DNA of 62,307 bases, filler included, from Choristocarpus tenellus KU-1152 (taxonomy: Eukaryota > Protista > Phaeophyceae), in assembly GCA_964200185.2 (NCBI GenBank). It is 13 parts of 13 records of this genome, joined end to end, with 100 filler letters (N's around TTAATTAATTAA, not from the genome) between each part and the next. Parts side by side here need not be neighbours in the genome. Positions count along the whole stretch, not along the records: positions 17,632 to 32,762 come from CAXNAD020001051.1; positions 32,863 to 35,682 come from CAXNAD020024468.1; positions 35,783 to 40,521 come from CAXNAD020013260.1; 10 more parts are not named here. One strand, written 5' to 3'. The translations under genes and the position numbers were made by a program. Below are positions 24,703-38,131 of the stretch, piece after piece. Position 1 is the stretch's first letter. Each line of letters begins with the position of its first letter. The notes below the pieces were generated by a model. The model searched no databases and had not been told where the DNA came from. It was given only the letters and a program-made list of their open reading frames with translations.

Positions 24703-27605
24703 GGATGAACCTCGCTTGGTCTACGTCAGTTGAGTTCTTGATACTATTCAACATTTCACAAATGTCCAAGGAGACGAACATGCGGTATTAATAATAATGT
24801 ATATGGAGATGAGATGAGCGACCCTGAGCGATCAAAATCGCTCGTGTTATATGGTGGGATAGACTTGTGGGGTAACTTCTACTATACAGTTATTAGCACT
24901 GTAACTGTTACAGAAATGAAGCATTTTTAATGAGGTCGGATTTGTATGCACCCATGGAGAAGGATAGGAGGAAAATAGGAAGGCCAAATTACGAAGGAGA
25001 TCAAATGTATTTAGGAAAAACTAACCCAAAACAGGTGAAGGACAACTAACAAATATAACTGTCCACATTAGCCTGAGGGGTCCCAGAACCCTGGTCGAAA
25101 GGCACTTAGGGGAAAAATAACAATGAACTAACATATGCCTGAGGAAATACAGTAGACTACAGAAACAAACAAATGTAAGGGGAAAAAATAATAGAGACAA
25201 GTTCGTGTTGGTAAGAAGTAGAGCCAAAGAAATCTACATACGATGCACTAGGATCCAATCGGTTGGGATAGGACGCCATTATTGTCGTCAACATTGCCAG
25301 GCCCTATGGGGAAAGGAGGAAAAGAAAAAATCAGTGTTCAACTCAGCTCATCCAATCTGAACATCACTCAACGCGTATATTACATAAAGGAAAGAGGGAC
25401 AGTAGATTTATCAACCCAAGGGAAAGAGGCCACTGAGAGAAGAAATATTGAGCAGGTATTAGTGAGTGTGCATATGCCCTGATCTGCTTGAATTGCCTTA
25501 GATGCTGCTTTAGCATGATGTTCATCAGCTATATCACAATTCTCGTGCCGCTCGTTTGCCAAACTCTGTACTATTTATTTTGATCTGTTTCCTTGTACTC
25601 CATTCCTCAAAGTCCCGACCCTAAACTCCTCAAGGTTGTCTTGCAGACACATCCACCAGCACTTCTATACATCTTACTTCCACTTTGCATCCGCAAGTTC
25701 CCCGAACATCAATGCCTTGGGTTGTCGCTCATCCCACGTGCGTGCAACATACCCTACGAACAAGGGTTTCCATTTTCGCACAGTTGCCTCGGTACTGTCA
25801 TACCCAGTCTTCACAAGGAAACTTCACAGGACAGTGTGTGATCAATGCATAACCATTTGTGAAATCCGTTGGAGTACAGGAGTAATTTGTGGTTGTGAGA
25901 ACGAATTGATGGAAAATGGCTAGGAAGAGAATTCTTGAGTAATTATTTAATTATCAGTACGTCTATTTAATTCAAATGTACATTGTTGCACCCCTTCCGA
26001 CAAGAAAATGTAGACAATGCCCGCAACTCTAACCCTAACCCTCGTATCAACAAATCGAACTAAAACCTTAGGTGCAAATTACATGAGATCACCCCTCTTC
26101 CATACATATTTACCGCGAAATAGGTTTCCTCTTATTTCCGTGTAATTATGTCCAGACGCGCGAGGAGCAGGTGTTTCCGCACGCACTTGACTTCAAGGGA
26201 CCAGAAAATATCATGAAAACAGGTAGGTTTCCACACCTTGGGAGGCGTTTAAATGTATGGTACATCAAGATTCGTCACACCTTACTCTGACTTTCTTACA
26301 TACCTACGTAATTGACATTCGACCTAAAAAAGAGCAAAAATCGTTTGATCGCTGAGAGGATAAATCCGTCGGCATGGTGATCTTTATAACAGAAGCAAAA
26401 AGGCTTAGGTTAAGTGTGGGTACTCTCCAACCCTTAAAGTACTTGCAGGGATGGGAATGACACCCTCTCATATAACGTCTCCATGCAAGTTCAGATAAAG
26501 TACAACCGAGTGAAGGTGCTACAAGAAGCATGGTCATCACTGGTGCCGCAATGCACTGCACTGTACAGTAATAATTCCCTTGTGAAGTGCATGTGGTGGT
26601 ACCTACAACACACTACTCAGTCACCATCATTGAGAAAGTACACAAACAAATTTCGGCAGCTCCTAAGTTACTGATAAAATTGTGCAGGGTACATATTGTG
26701 CCTGTCTAGGACAGTAGCAGTGGTTTCAAACGGTGGTGAGCGACCCATGGACTGCATCCAACCATCAAGTCAACTTGTGCCAATAGAAACAGCACACAGG
26801 TGAATTACCTTCAGCAAACTTTGATATATATATACATATATGGCAAAAATAGGAGCTTGGTACAGCACAGCATACTAATACTTTGTTCTGCACACATTAA
26901 ATACAGAAACATGGCGATCACAATAGTCTACACTTCTCCATTGAGGGATTAAGTGTAAGTTCAATTGTTCCCTGTTTCCGAGACCATTGTGCTGACATGA
27001 TTTTCAGCTATGATACCTACCATAGTGGCATGGAATATGAGACGGGATCATGTGCTTTGACCAGATTGTAGTTTGGCTTAGAGGTGTGAATGGGGATTTG
27101 CCTTCAGATAGATGGTATACATCGACCATCTACTCTGGTCTCACTGTACCTAATCTTGATCTATAGTCTCACATATGGTTTTGAAGGAGTATCACTCCCT
27201 TTATACTTCCATGGCTTCTTCAGCTCAAACATGTGCTGGGTATTGCCAAAGCAAGAAACCAGTACCAAAATTGTACTACTTTGAGCAGCACATATGAGTA
27301 GAGATGCAGTATACAGCTATACAAAACAATAACAGCAAGTTATGTGCGATTATCTCATACTCCATACTACTTTGCTAACATTTTTGAACACACAAGATCG
27401 AAAAAAACATTTCCTGAATTCGGCCCTCTCTGAACAAGCAAATGCTCTTCCAAAATGTGCACAAGAGTACGATATGATCTCAGCTATAAAAAGTCACACA
27501 TCTCACGAGTAATGCATTACATACATGAAATAACAGGACTTTTCTCTACTCGATTTTTTTTTCACAAACTACATCTACTTTCAGGGCACCCAAATCCTTC
27601 GCCAG

Positions 27606-29389
27606 TCACCACACCCAAGGAATCATCCTCTTCCATCCGTTCGGACACCTTTCAAATTTCTTCAGGTACCACGCATGCGTTCCAACCGCTACCAAGGCCT
27701 GATTTGCAAGGACCCACACCATCATCAGCAACACTCCCAAAGTTCGCCCTTTGGTGACGACCACAAAGGAGATGTACGTAAGAGCCTCAGCAAGGTAGTG
27801 AGGAGAGGAGACAAATCGAAACCACCCTTCCGAGGGAAGTCCGTATGAACTTGAACACTGATGAAAACAAACACACATGAACAACACAGAGAAACAAACA
27901 TACAAGTGAGACACAGAAGAGCAATCATTGTGTGTGGGTCAGGGTTGCAGAGGGTTGTCATCCAATCCCTGACAATAATTGAGCTAAGGGAAAGTTTCAT
28001 TCTTGTTCTGTGGGAGACAACTCATCAGGGTGTTGGTGTATTGCTCCATGTCTGCTCTCATGATCAGATTCAGCTGAGATGTTTCATTAATAAAATAAAT
28101 CTCGGCGTCCACTCAATTCTGGTCCTAGTAACCATTTGGCACTAAACACCTTGCTAAAAGTTTACCTTGCCCTTGCCATCCTTTGTGTTGCCGTTGCCAT
28201 CACCGGCCCCGTGCGTTCTCAAGCTGGCCAGGTGTCGTATGGCCTGGTGTTGTTTGACCCACCCCAGGAAGAACAAGCTAAGGGCTCCGACATGTCGCGC
28301 TTTGAACCCACTCACCATCAACCATCCGACGTAAAGCAGGTGTTTCAAACCCGAAGACTCGTCAATGGAGGCCCCAAGGACGCCTTCGAAATATGGAGAC
28401 TCGGCTAGAAACGTCAGCACAGCGGACTGGTAATGCAAAATACCGACCTGGACTTGGTGTTGGTACAGGCGAAGCACATTGACTGATACCGGTTGGATGT
28501 GTTGATGTTTGGGGTAAAGCGAGTCATTTGCTGCAGCGAGGTCAGTGCGTCCAGCATGAACGTATGCTCACCAAATAGCCAAGGGTAGACATGCTCGAAT
28601 TGCCCCACTGCGTGACTCGTAGGCACTCCCACAGCCTTCGGACGAGTTGCAATTGCATCATACATAGGCAGAGCAAGCACTCCACACCTAACTCACTTGC
28701 CCCGTCGATTCTGAAGGCATTAGAACAGCATGCACTGCGCGTCTGTCGTAACGTTGTTTTTCATTGCACAGAAGAGGGAACAAGACAGTGTGATAGTGTG
28801 CATATCGGGTCCAATAGTTGTGTGTTGTTGGTGGTTGCATTGCACTATTGTTCAGTCAGCATATCGCTGGACGGTCCAGGGCAAGGAAATATTGACCACC
28901 CCATACATTTGGCATCCAGCAACCATAAGAGACACCAACATCCTCTCTTCAACGAGGAGAAGGTTGCATTCACATTACCTGAACCCAGGTAGTCACAAAA
29001 GATCCACGAAAGATGAAGATATCTGTCAGAAATAAGGTATTAGCGACAAGGCCTAACGCATAGAAGTGCGTGAACCAACACTTCGGTACGACAGTGAATC
29101 TGAGTATCGTCTTGAACCTCTCACTATTCCCATAGTTCCGTAGCTTGCCGTGATCACAGAGAGGCATCAACCTGGAGAGGCAGATAAAAGAAAAGGAAGG
29201 TGATCACCACCGGTACTAAATATGCCTAGACCTACATTCTATCTATAAACATCTGTCGCAAACTTCAATATTTGGGAGTGAGAATACAAACAAAAACTAC
29301 CTCCAAACTTGCCAAGGGATGAACCATACTAAGACGATAGAGAATCCCAACAGCGTCCATGTTCTGCGCTCTAGCTGGCACAGGTCCAT
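27606..29389 (-). CDS. SRD5A3: Polyprenol reductase (steroid 5-alpha-reductase family, SRD5A3/DFG10-like), ~328 aa, 5 exons
   Basis: In-frame GT-AG exons 29389-29301, 29171-28979, 28742-28572, 28447-28166 and 27857-27606. Family motifs HGKL, VPKCWFTHFY, QLVRRLWEC, QHQAIRHLASLR, YGLPSEGWFRFVSSPHYLAE and THAWYLKKF...IPWVW*. Confidence 0.92.
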
Positions 29390-30779
29390 CACTTAAAGAT
29401 TGTAGGTGAAACTTTTTTACAGTTCAAGTTGTTGTCATAATCAATTGGGTATACCCGTCCCACTTACGGGTGGGTACATGTCTCTGTTCACGCATGTGGG
29501 TGATAGTACGTCCATATTCACAGGAATGCCCGAGTTCGAACCTTGGTCATGTCAGATATTCTTCCCAGGAAATTTGACTTGGATATGACGTAAGTTCATC
29601 GGATAGGTACACCGATACCATTCAATCTTGCGTAGCTTACTATCCTGTACTAAACCATGAACAGGGGGATGTGGAAGATCTCGATCATGGTGGAGAAGAT
29701 CCATTGGGGATGGAAAAGTACTAACCAGATTCAAGGGAGGAGACGAGAAGATGTCAGAGCGAAGAGGGGTAGGACTGCTGAACCAGATGGGTCAGAAAAG
29801 AATTGAAGCACGCAAGGGGCGGTGCAATTGGTTGTACCGAAATAGCAGTAGTAGTTACTTGGTAGGGTAGAAATTGTGCAGTGCATACTACCATCTGACC
29901 GCTGGTGGAGGGGGTAGGCAGGGTGGAGGTAGTGTGGGAAGTTCCATACTAAAAGTGAGTAAAAAAGTAATATAAGGCAGATCCCACCTCTACAAACAAG
30001 TGTTTCTAAGTCGGACCGTACTCCAAAAATTCTGGCGCATCCGATTCTACTTCCAAAGGGGGTACAACTGATAACATATCCATACCCTTCAAAATACCAT
30101 TCAACCTTTTCTGTGCACAATTTTGTCTCCACCAGTCCACAACCCAGCCCTCTGATTCGCTTGGCACAAAAACTTTCACTGCCACTTCACTTTAACTTGC
30201 CACCTCTAATGCCCTTACCACACCTATGATCCTATCTCCTCAAATTTTCCGTAGAGCCTCCTTGCCCAAACCGAAATAATTCTGTTCCATTGCCATTCCA
30301 TTCCTTTTACGTTCTTTTTCTTCCTCCCTCAAGCTACTTATACCCCTAATCCCGACATAGTTTTGTGAGGCACACAGGTGCCCATGTTTATTTATAGGGG
30401 CACCGCACTCATATTTGGCATTGTGGTAGATATTCTGTTTGTATATTTCATTTTTAAGGTAAGGGTTAATGCTAGGACTTTCTCTTCAAAATTGAGTTGG
30501 TCAATTTGTTCAGGAAGGACTGGAAATGGTCCATTAGGTTGACCAATGTCTCCCGTAGTTATGTATCATATTCCACAGGGAATAAATTACCTGGAGTGGT
30601 TTCTTGCATATCGGAGGACTGGATTGTTATTTCAAGTGCAGTATTGTCACATCTCCAACACAGTGGGTGTACCTGCCTCTTATCACTGGATGAAGTTGTA
30701 CACAGCTATACACTCGAAGTATCATATTAAGAAGGGTCAATAGTGGAGTATCCTGTATTTCCTGTAGGTCTACCACATG

Positions 30780-31575
30780 TCGGATTCAAGGCATAAGCTG
30801 AGCACTTGTATCCAGAGGAAAGCAGGAGTACTGGAGTATGATAGAGACTTGGTGACAAGGCCTCTCTCTTAAAAGTCCTTCCACCCCCATCGTGGAAGGT
30901 GCTGCTAGAGGGTTATGCGCAAGTGACAAGCTCAATCTTCCTGCAAGTCTGGGAGAAATGAGAGAGGGCACGAAGACAACTGCAAACAGACCCTCCAAAC
31001 CCCACTTCAAGAGGGCTGGTAAACAGCTCAAACTTGTTTGGGCGTTTGCCTTGCAGGAATTCTTTGGCACTTACACCAGGAAGCTGAATCTCCTTTTTCA
31101 TGGGGGACCAAGCTGATTTCAATGTCAAGAGAACCAGACCGAGCACCTCTCAGCACCTCCACGACATATCTGACCAGCTAACGAGGGAGCAAGTATTCCG
31201 TCATAGAACGGTGAAAGATATACTTCAAAGTGCTCTTGAACATCAACAAGTCCGTTGATCTCAACCCTCATAGTACTGAGCGTCCTTGATCAACGAATCA
31301 TATCAATTGCCCTCTCTACTGCACCAACAATGATGGAGGTGGCTGAAGCACTCTGGGGAATGGGAAATGGGAAGGCTATGGGTCTCAACAATTTTCTAGC
31401 TGAGGCTATAATTTTTGGGCTACATGAGGACACAAAGATCCTCCAGAATTTACTAAATATTGTGTTGGCTGTGAGGAACCAGGATGCTTTGCCAGAGGTC
31501 TGGAAGGATACAGTCATTTCCGCAATCTAGAAGAAGAAGGGCTGCACTGATTGTGGTAACTACAGCAGCATCCGA
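30780..31575 (+). mobile_element. Degenerate RTE-like LINE remnant (region upstream of RT and RT N-terminus)
   Basis: PTMMEVAEALWGMGNGKAMG...E...LPEVWKDTVISAI*KKKGCTDCGNYSSI matches the PT..EV..A...NGKA.G...WKDA.I..I.KK.D...CGNYRGISL LINE RT signature. Confidence 0.8.
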
Positions 31576-32635
31576 GCAATTTGATGTATAGCAGTTTGAG
31601 TCGCATAGTACTATTCCATATCTGTATGGGTGAAACAAGGGAAAAAATGTCTGAAATATTGAATTATTCGACTCCTTTGATGTCAACGAGAGGTGCAGGA
31701 TCCAGTGGCTTCTGAAATCACGATGCTGCAAAATATGGCACAAAGCGACGCCTCTGCTGATTTTGTGAATGGGTGGCGTATGTGTTGAAATATTACGCCA
31801 TTTTTACCACCAAAAATGGAAATCTAGTGGCAATCCTTTGATTAAAAAAATTACCAAGTCCAGACCTAAGAGATTGCTACAACAAAATAGACCTCCTTGT
31901 TCTTCAAAGGAGTCCATCGCAGCAAACCGAATCATCCGGTGGGCCTCTTGTGCGGCCACACCTGCCGCCTCAAATCGTGTGAGGTCATCAACATCGCTCG
32001 CGGTATTTGACAGGAGAAACCCTTGCGTGATAAGGGGAAAGTTTATAAAGTAATCTGAGTTTTGTGGGCGGAAGAATTCTGGTTGGTTGGGGGCACGGGG
32101 CAAGGAAGGGGACAGGAAAGAAATAAGAAATAACAAGGAAGGAACGAAGAGTTAAGGAGTGAGTGGTAGGTTAAACGAGTGGCAGGCAGAGGCATGAGGA
32201 GAAAGGGATGGACAGTAGGAATCGAAGAGGAAATCTGAAGCTGGAGTGACAAGGAGAGGGGTGCTAGATCAAGAGGACCCCCGAGCAAGATTTCGTGTAT
32301 GTATGGTGTATGTCAGGACCAACCAGAGGGACCCAGTGGGAGTTTTCGGAGGGTTTGGCAGAGAGTAGGAAGGATTGGGTTCAACCGGGGTAGGATGGGC
32401 AGGTTGAGCTAGGAGAAACCAACCCCGAAAGGGAGGGGAGGTCAAGTTCGGGCGGGGTAGATGTCTTCTAGCTCAAAGGCGCGGCAGGAAGGGGATGATG
32501 AAGGGGGGTTCTTGGATGATTGGGGAGTGGTGTTGAGTGGTGTGGGGTTGAGGGGTGTTCAATGGTCGAGGGGAGTGGTAAGTGGTGTGGGGTTGAGTGG
32601 GGTTGAATGGGGTTGAAAGGGGTGGTAGAGACCGT

Positions 32636-32762
32636 AAATCAGTGGCGAAACGAGTCGCACTGGTTGGTTATCGGATAGGGGGGGTGACGAGAAACCAGTG
32701 GCGAAGGGGTCGCACTGGCTGGTCATCGGATGCGGGGGGTGACGAGAAATCAGTGGCGAAAG
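32636..32762. repeat. ~55-56 bp tandem repeat, ~2.3 units, truncated at contig end
   Basis: Unit aaa(t/c)cagtggcgaa..gtcgcactgg.tggt.atcggat..ggggggtgacgag repeated. Confidence 0.8.
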
Positions 32763-32862
32763 NNNNNNNNNNNNNNNNNNNNNNNNNNNNNNNNNNNNNN
32801 NNNNNNTTAATTAATTAANNNNNNNNNNNNNNNNNNNNNNNNNNNNNNNNNNNNNNNNNNNN

Positions 32863-32988
32863 ATGTCGCGATTTTGGGGTGATTTGGTCGCATGCGTCAG
32901 ATGGATAATCTAAGTTCATTTCTCCTGGTCAGGGCCCGAATGGACACCCTGGTGTAGACCGCCCTCCCCCTCCCACATACTTTGGGCC
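32863..32988 (+). mobile_element. MITE family B, right part at contig start
   Basis: atgtcgcgattttgggg...aatggacaccc...C-rich tract...atactttgggcc. Confidence 0.75.
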
Positions 32989-34214
32989 AATGATGCCGAG
33001 CATAGGGATGAAGCCCCTCCAGGAAGCGTATTGGATGATCTTGCTTGGCAAGGGACCTTTAGTATGCAGTACACAAATTTATGGCATGGGGGCATTGCCA
33101 ATCCACCTACTACATGGATACAAACCTTCCCCAGTCTGGGGGTGTCAAGGGTTGTCGTATATAGTTCTAACCCTTGCTCTGGCGTAGGTGCAACTTCAGC
33201 ATATTCTCCCCTTGTACCACAATCTATTTAGTGTGAGTGTTGGTCCAAGTGGTGGTGCCAACAGAATTAATGTGGGAGTTCAATTTGGATATAGTTTTGT
33301 GTCACAAGCACCGCCTCATATATCTGTAGGTGGGAAATGCAGAACACAAGATACGGTTTAATGCGCCATGTAATTCTTGTGGACTCAAGCTGGGGATAGG
33401 GTGTCGAAATAGATGATGAATGCAAGAATCCGCAATGTTGGAGATGGAGATGCCATGGACGTTAGGGGAACCAATGCTGCCCAGAGCGATGATCCGGAGT
33501 TTTTTGTGAACACAGAAATGTTTGAAGGAGAAGTGTCAATGCAAGAGGTAACTTTAAGGAGTTAGAACATCCGTAGAGGGCGTTTTGTCGCTCTTGAGCA
33601 GAGTGGTGTGCAAAGAAGATCTTCTGTTTCCCTGTGTAGACGCGTTGGTGTACACTTTTATACTTAACTTTGGTATTCTAGTCCTCTTGCTACATCCAAC
33701 GTAACTGTTATGAGAGCTGTACAATTACCTTGTGCGATTGCCGGAAAAATGTCATGTACATTGGTTGTCAGTGAAGCATTGTTATGGGGATGGGGCTTGT
33801 GTGAAGATGCTCATTGGCTGAGATTGAACTGCGATCACTGGAGGGATGGCGACTTATTCCAGATGGACATATGTACCATCACTCTGTGCTATTCACGGCA
33901 AAAAACGTAGCTGGTGATGGGGACATACTGGCTGTGATATGGGTGGGAGTTTGAAATGTAGTAGACAGATCATCTACAAGACGTTTGAAGTACATTACAT
34001 TTTTGGAAATTCAGATTTTGACATCTGAGCATGCTCATTTGCCTGTTCAAGATGCCATGAGTGGGCATATTATTTGATGGGATTGCTTCGAAGTACATAC
34101 AGGAATTGCCTTCGTGGAAGGATTGACATCTTGGTGTAATGGCATGTAACATCCCTTTGCTGGGGGGATCATTCAATGCGTAGTACACCTTGGAACGTAT
34201 TGCTATTTGTTCCG

Positions 34215-34496
34215 TAGTGAAGACAAGGAGCCTCACACGGCCCCCTTTCCTGAATATGTTTACATGTTTGAAAGAAGAGTTACCTTGTGGGTGCCTTCAT
34301 ATTGCTTGTTTCTTTAATGTTATTTTTCTTACATGTAAGTCAATGGCTATGTAAGAATTTTTAATTACAATTCCAAACTCCATGCAAAATCCAGATGCAC
34401 TATCTCACTAGTTACATCACATGGACTCAATCCAATGCCATAATCTCACACACACAAAATATAGGGTACACCGCACTATTGTCCTATTTTTGCACA
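34215..34496 (+). repeat. Dispersed repeat family F copy
   Basis: Homologous to 3457-3728 from tagtgaag to tttttgcaca. Confidence 0.7.
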
Positions 34497-35591
34497 CTCA
34501 ATACCAAGCAAATCATGTGTGTGAAATGCCCGCATCTGACTGCCTCACACCTCTCTCTTGTGCTATCCTCTCTTCTGCCCTCTGCCCCTAAACGGTTCTA
34601 CTAATCCTGGTCATACTTGATGCTGAATACAACTGGTGGTTCCTCTTCTTAATAAACACATATAGCATGCACTGCAAAATTGCAGAGCTTTGCCACGCAT
34701 TGGATACAGTCTCGTGATGCACTCCAAATGGGGACTTCCACCCCATGTGCAAGTGCAAGCATGTGTCCATTCCCTGCCCGAACCGCCTAGGGAGTCACAA
34801 GGGAAATTGTGTGCTGCAGGTATCCACAGAGGAAGCACAACCACCGGGAAATATGACCTTCAAGCACAGGCCTCTGAGGTGTAGGTCCTCATAGAAGGTG
34901 CATTTCCTTCGCCCTCCAACCAGTGATATGTCAAGCTTGATACAGTACTGCACCAACCATGCACTTCTGGGGAAGCCAGTAATCGGAGTTTTGCCTTCGA
35001 AAAGAGGGCGATAGCCACTGCAATAGATGTGCTCAAAATCCTTGGGGAGAATGGAACATGCATCCTCAAACTGTTTGAGATCACAGCTGTTCTGTCATCA
35101 AAGCACGACTACAAATTTAACCGCCTTCTCAAAAGTTGGTGGGGGTGTTGGAAGTGAAGAGGACTCTTGTGCTTCTCTTTTCACCACAAGTGTGGGTAGC
35201 GGTGTGGGTGGGAGTGAAGAAATCAATCACCTGATGCCTGTCGAGTTCCTCTACAGAAGCAAGGTAAGGAGGAGAAGAACTGGTGGATATGTCTTCAAGA
35301 CAACCTTACGTAGTTATTATTATAGTAGTAAGTTATTGCAATGGTAGTAAGATTATGGTTGATTGTTTGAGCACCAGGGTCACGAACCAACAGAAAAATG
35401 GTATGGGATTGTGGCTGATTGCATGACAAGCTTTACGGTTCAGTGGCATTCCAAGCAAACTTTGATAGCCACTATGTCATGCCAAATTGCAGCAGGTAAG
35501 ATTGCAATCTCATCGCATTCTCTTTTTGGGTTGGTTTTCATGCATCTGTTGTCCATTTCTTCTCTTTTATCTCTTTCCCATGTGCTAATTT

Positions 35592-35682
35592 GGGTCAAAG
35601 TATCTGGGGGGTGGGGGGGTGGGGGGTGGTTTGTGAGGGGGCGTCCGTTTCGGTCAAACAACTATTTTTTTTTTCGTGCACT
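35592..35682 (+). mobile_element. MITE family C end (B-related, G-tract), truncated at contig end
   Basis: GGGTCAAAGTATCTGGGGGG...ggtggtttgtgag..ggcgtccgtttcggtcaaacaac; its reverse complement is at 59038-59101. Confidence 0.7.
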
Positions 35683-35920
35683 NNNNNNNNNNNNNNNNNN
35701 NNNNNNNNNNNNNNNNNNNNNNNNNNTTAATTAATTAANNNNNNNNNNNNNNNNNNNNNNNNNNNNNNNNNNNNNNNNNNNNCTCTGAAATGTTGATGGC
35801 ATATCTACCTCCCCTCCACCACTTCTCCCCCCTATTCCTACTTCCTCTCTGAAATGTTGATGGCATATCTACCTCCCCTCCACCACTTCTCCCTCCGTTT
35901 TGTGTGTCTTTTTTGAGCAG

Positions 35921-38131
35921 CAGCAGTCCCTGGGAAGTCCCCACCACCCCAACTATCGAATTCATGACAGATTCTCTGACTACCAAGGTTCCATATATGC
36001 AGCAAAACTTGCCGCCCAAATTCCTTTGCCCCATACCATGGTTGGGAACAATGGCGACCCCGGAATGCACACCAGTTTTGAGGATGGAGGGAAAATCCCA
36101 AATGGAGAATGTGATGGAGGATCCGATGTTGACAGGGGTTGGAGGATGGCGTTTGTGTCTGATCCTTCGTCCTCTTCTGGCCCTGATCCACACGCTTTAT
36201 CACCCTTCCCATCCAATAGCAACCCTCAAATGCCTGTTCCCTCAGGCCAGCAGATCATTCGCACTGTATATCATGGGTCAGGGGGAAATGCTTGGCCTCA
36301 TTGGGGTGTTGGATGGGCAGGGCAGGGGAGAGGGGAGGTGGGGGGAAGGGAGGTACTCCGTTTGGAGTCTTTGACAGTGTTGACCCCTGATAAGGCCAAG
36401 ACCCTGATATCTGACTTGAGTCTCTATCTGAGGGTTGGTGAGAGGCTCCTCATTACGGGGCCGTCAGGAGCAGGTGCATTGAAAGCGTGCATTTTGTTTT
36501 GTCAAGCAGGACGCGATTTTCTTGACCGTACACATCGTATTTTTTTAAATCTATATTATACTTGAAAAATTCCTTTGGTGAGTATCTGAGAACAAATATT
36601 TCAAAGCCTGCACGGTGCACGTTTGCTTTCACGACATGATCTGTGCCTTGTGAGAGTGTTCATTACCTCTCTTTCCCCTTCTGACTTGTCACTAAGGCGA
36701 CTGTAAGTAAGTAAGTACATTGGCAGTCAAGGCTATCTATCCCTCGACGTCAACATCAACGTCAACATCAACGTCAACATCAAATAAAAAGTGCACGGTT
36801 GACTAAACAATTGCTGATTTGTTGTGACTTTATTATTGAGAGTCTATGCAAGAGCAAGTATTCCTATCCCCATTTGATAGTAATCCTTGGGCACCTTGTC
36901 ATGGTAAATATCTTTGTTGTATGTGACCATGCCTTCTTTTTTTTCTAAGGGAAGAGCTCGCTACTCAGGGCCATTGCAGGAATTTGGAGGGCTGGGGGTG
37001 GGGTGGTGTACCGGCCTGCTCCACTTGACACATTTTTCCTGCCTCAGGTATGCCTCAGTCAGATAAGGTACGATGAATCACTTGTGGAGCGTCTAGAAAT
37101 CTGCCCCAACACGAAAGATACATTGAAAACACACCTTCTTTTGCGTGAACCCTTCCATCTCCGAGGTGTCCTTACTTCTTTTCAACAAATAATAATAATA
37201 TCATGCGTGGACTGTGTATTGACTTCTACAGTACTGCAATATTACTGTTGGTTGTGTGTGCACTACAATCAAAAAAGAAAAATGTTAATAAGAGCTCCGT
37301 TACCTACCTCTTGTACCTTGAATCTCTTATACTGTGTCAACCCCCCCCACCCTCTCCTGATATCCCCATGTCCTCCTTGGACTTCCACCTCCACCTGTAC
37401 AGCGCCCATACTGTGCCCTCAGATCTCTGCGGGAGCAGGTCATGTATCCCACCTCACCAGCCGACATGCCCAACTACCCAGATGGAAATCTGTATGATAT
37501 CTTGAAGCTTGTTGGGCTTGGTGAGCTGCCGTCCAGAGCCTTTCGGCGACGCATGAGATCTGCACCTGGAGAGGAACAGGTGCGACACAGTGTGGGAGAG
37601 ATGTCCATGGGACGATTCCAAGAACAGGGCACAGGTCGTATGTGGGAGAAGGAACATGGAAACAAGGCAAGTGTAAGTGGTTACACATCGCAGTTGCAGG
37701 ACAGGAGAGATAAAGATCCTACAGGAAGATCTTGGCCGACATTGTCTAGTCACAATTGCCAGGGATTTGGAGAGGGAGTATCAAAGCCCTCAGGTATCAT
37801 CGGAGGGGTGCTGGACCCAACTAGACTGGAACCTGGGTCACCTGTACATACAATTCCTTCAGATGTTCCTCATTGCCCAGTGCAAGAGGGAGGGCATGGG
37901 TCACGTGGGGACGGCAGACCACCGTTTGAAGAAGTGGCCTGGGGTGGAGGAATGAGATCGGATCGAGGGCATAGGGAGGGTGCAGCCCAGGGTTTGTCTC
38001 CTGCAGAGCTTTCCCAATCGTTGGATGTGGAAGTGGATGATTGGGATGATGTCCTGTCTCTAGGGGAACAGCAGCGGATGGCCTTCGCACGACTACTGTT
38101 CAATGGGGCTCAGTTGGCCCTCCTGGATGAG
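35921..38131 (+). CDS. ABC transporter subfamily D, nucleotide-binding-domain exons (partial gene)
   Basis: Exons ~35921-36473, 36950-37047 and 37403-38131 splice in frame: LLITGPSGAGKSSLLRAIAGIW (Walker A), FFLPQRPYC..SLREQVMYP, DWDDVLSLGEQQRMAFARLLF (ABCD signature), LALLDE (Walker B). Confidence 0.88.

Noticed and set aside
33000-34200. Further Copia-like or gag remnants here and at ~31700-32300, ~54900-56060 and ~60550-61990
   Set aside because: Only faint motif traces (for example K*IVVQG, GALNLKGPGDIDL); too weak to call without a profile search.
17740-38131. Metal/lipid gene cluster (permease, polyprenol reductase, ABC transporter)
   Set aside because: The ABC gene is on a different contig. 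The other two are ~8 kb apart, separated by transposon debris, and have no evident functional link.
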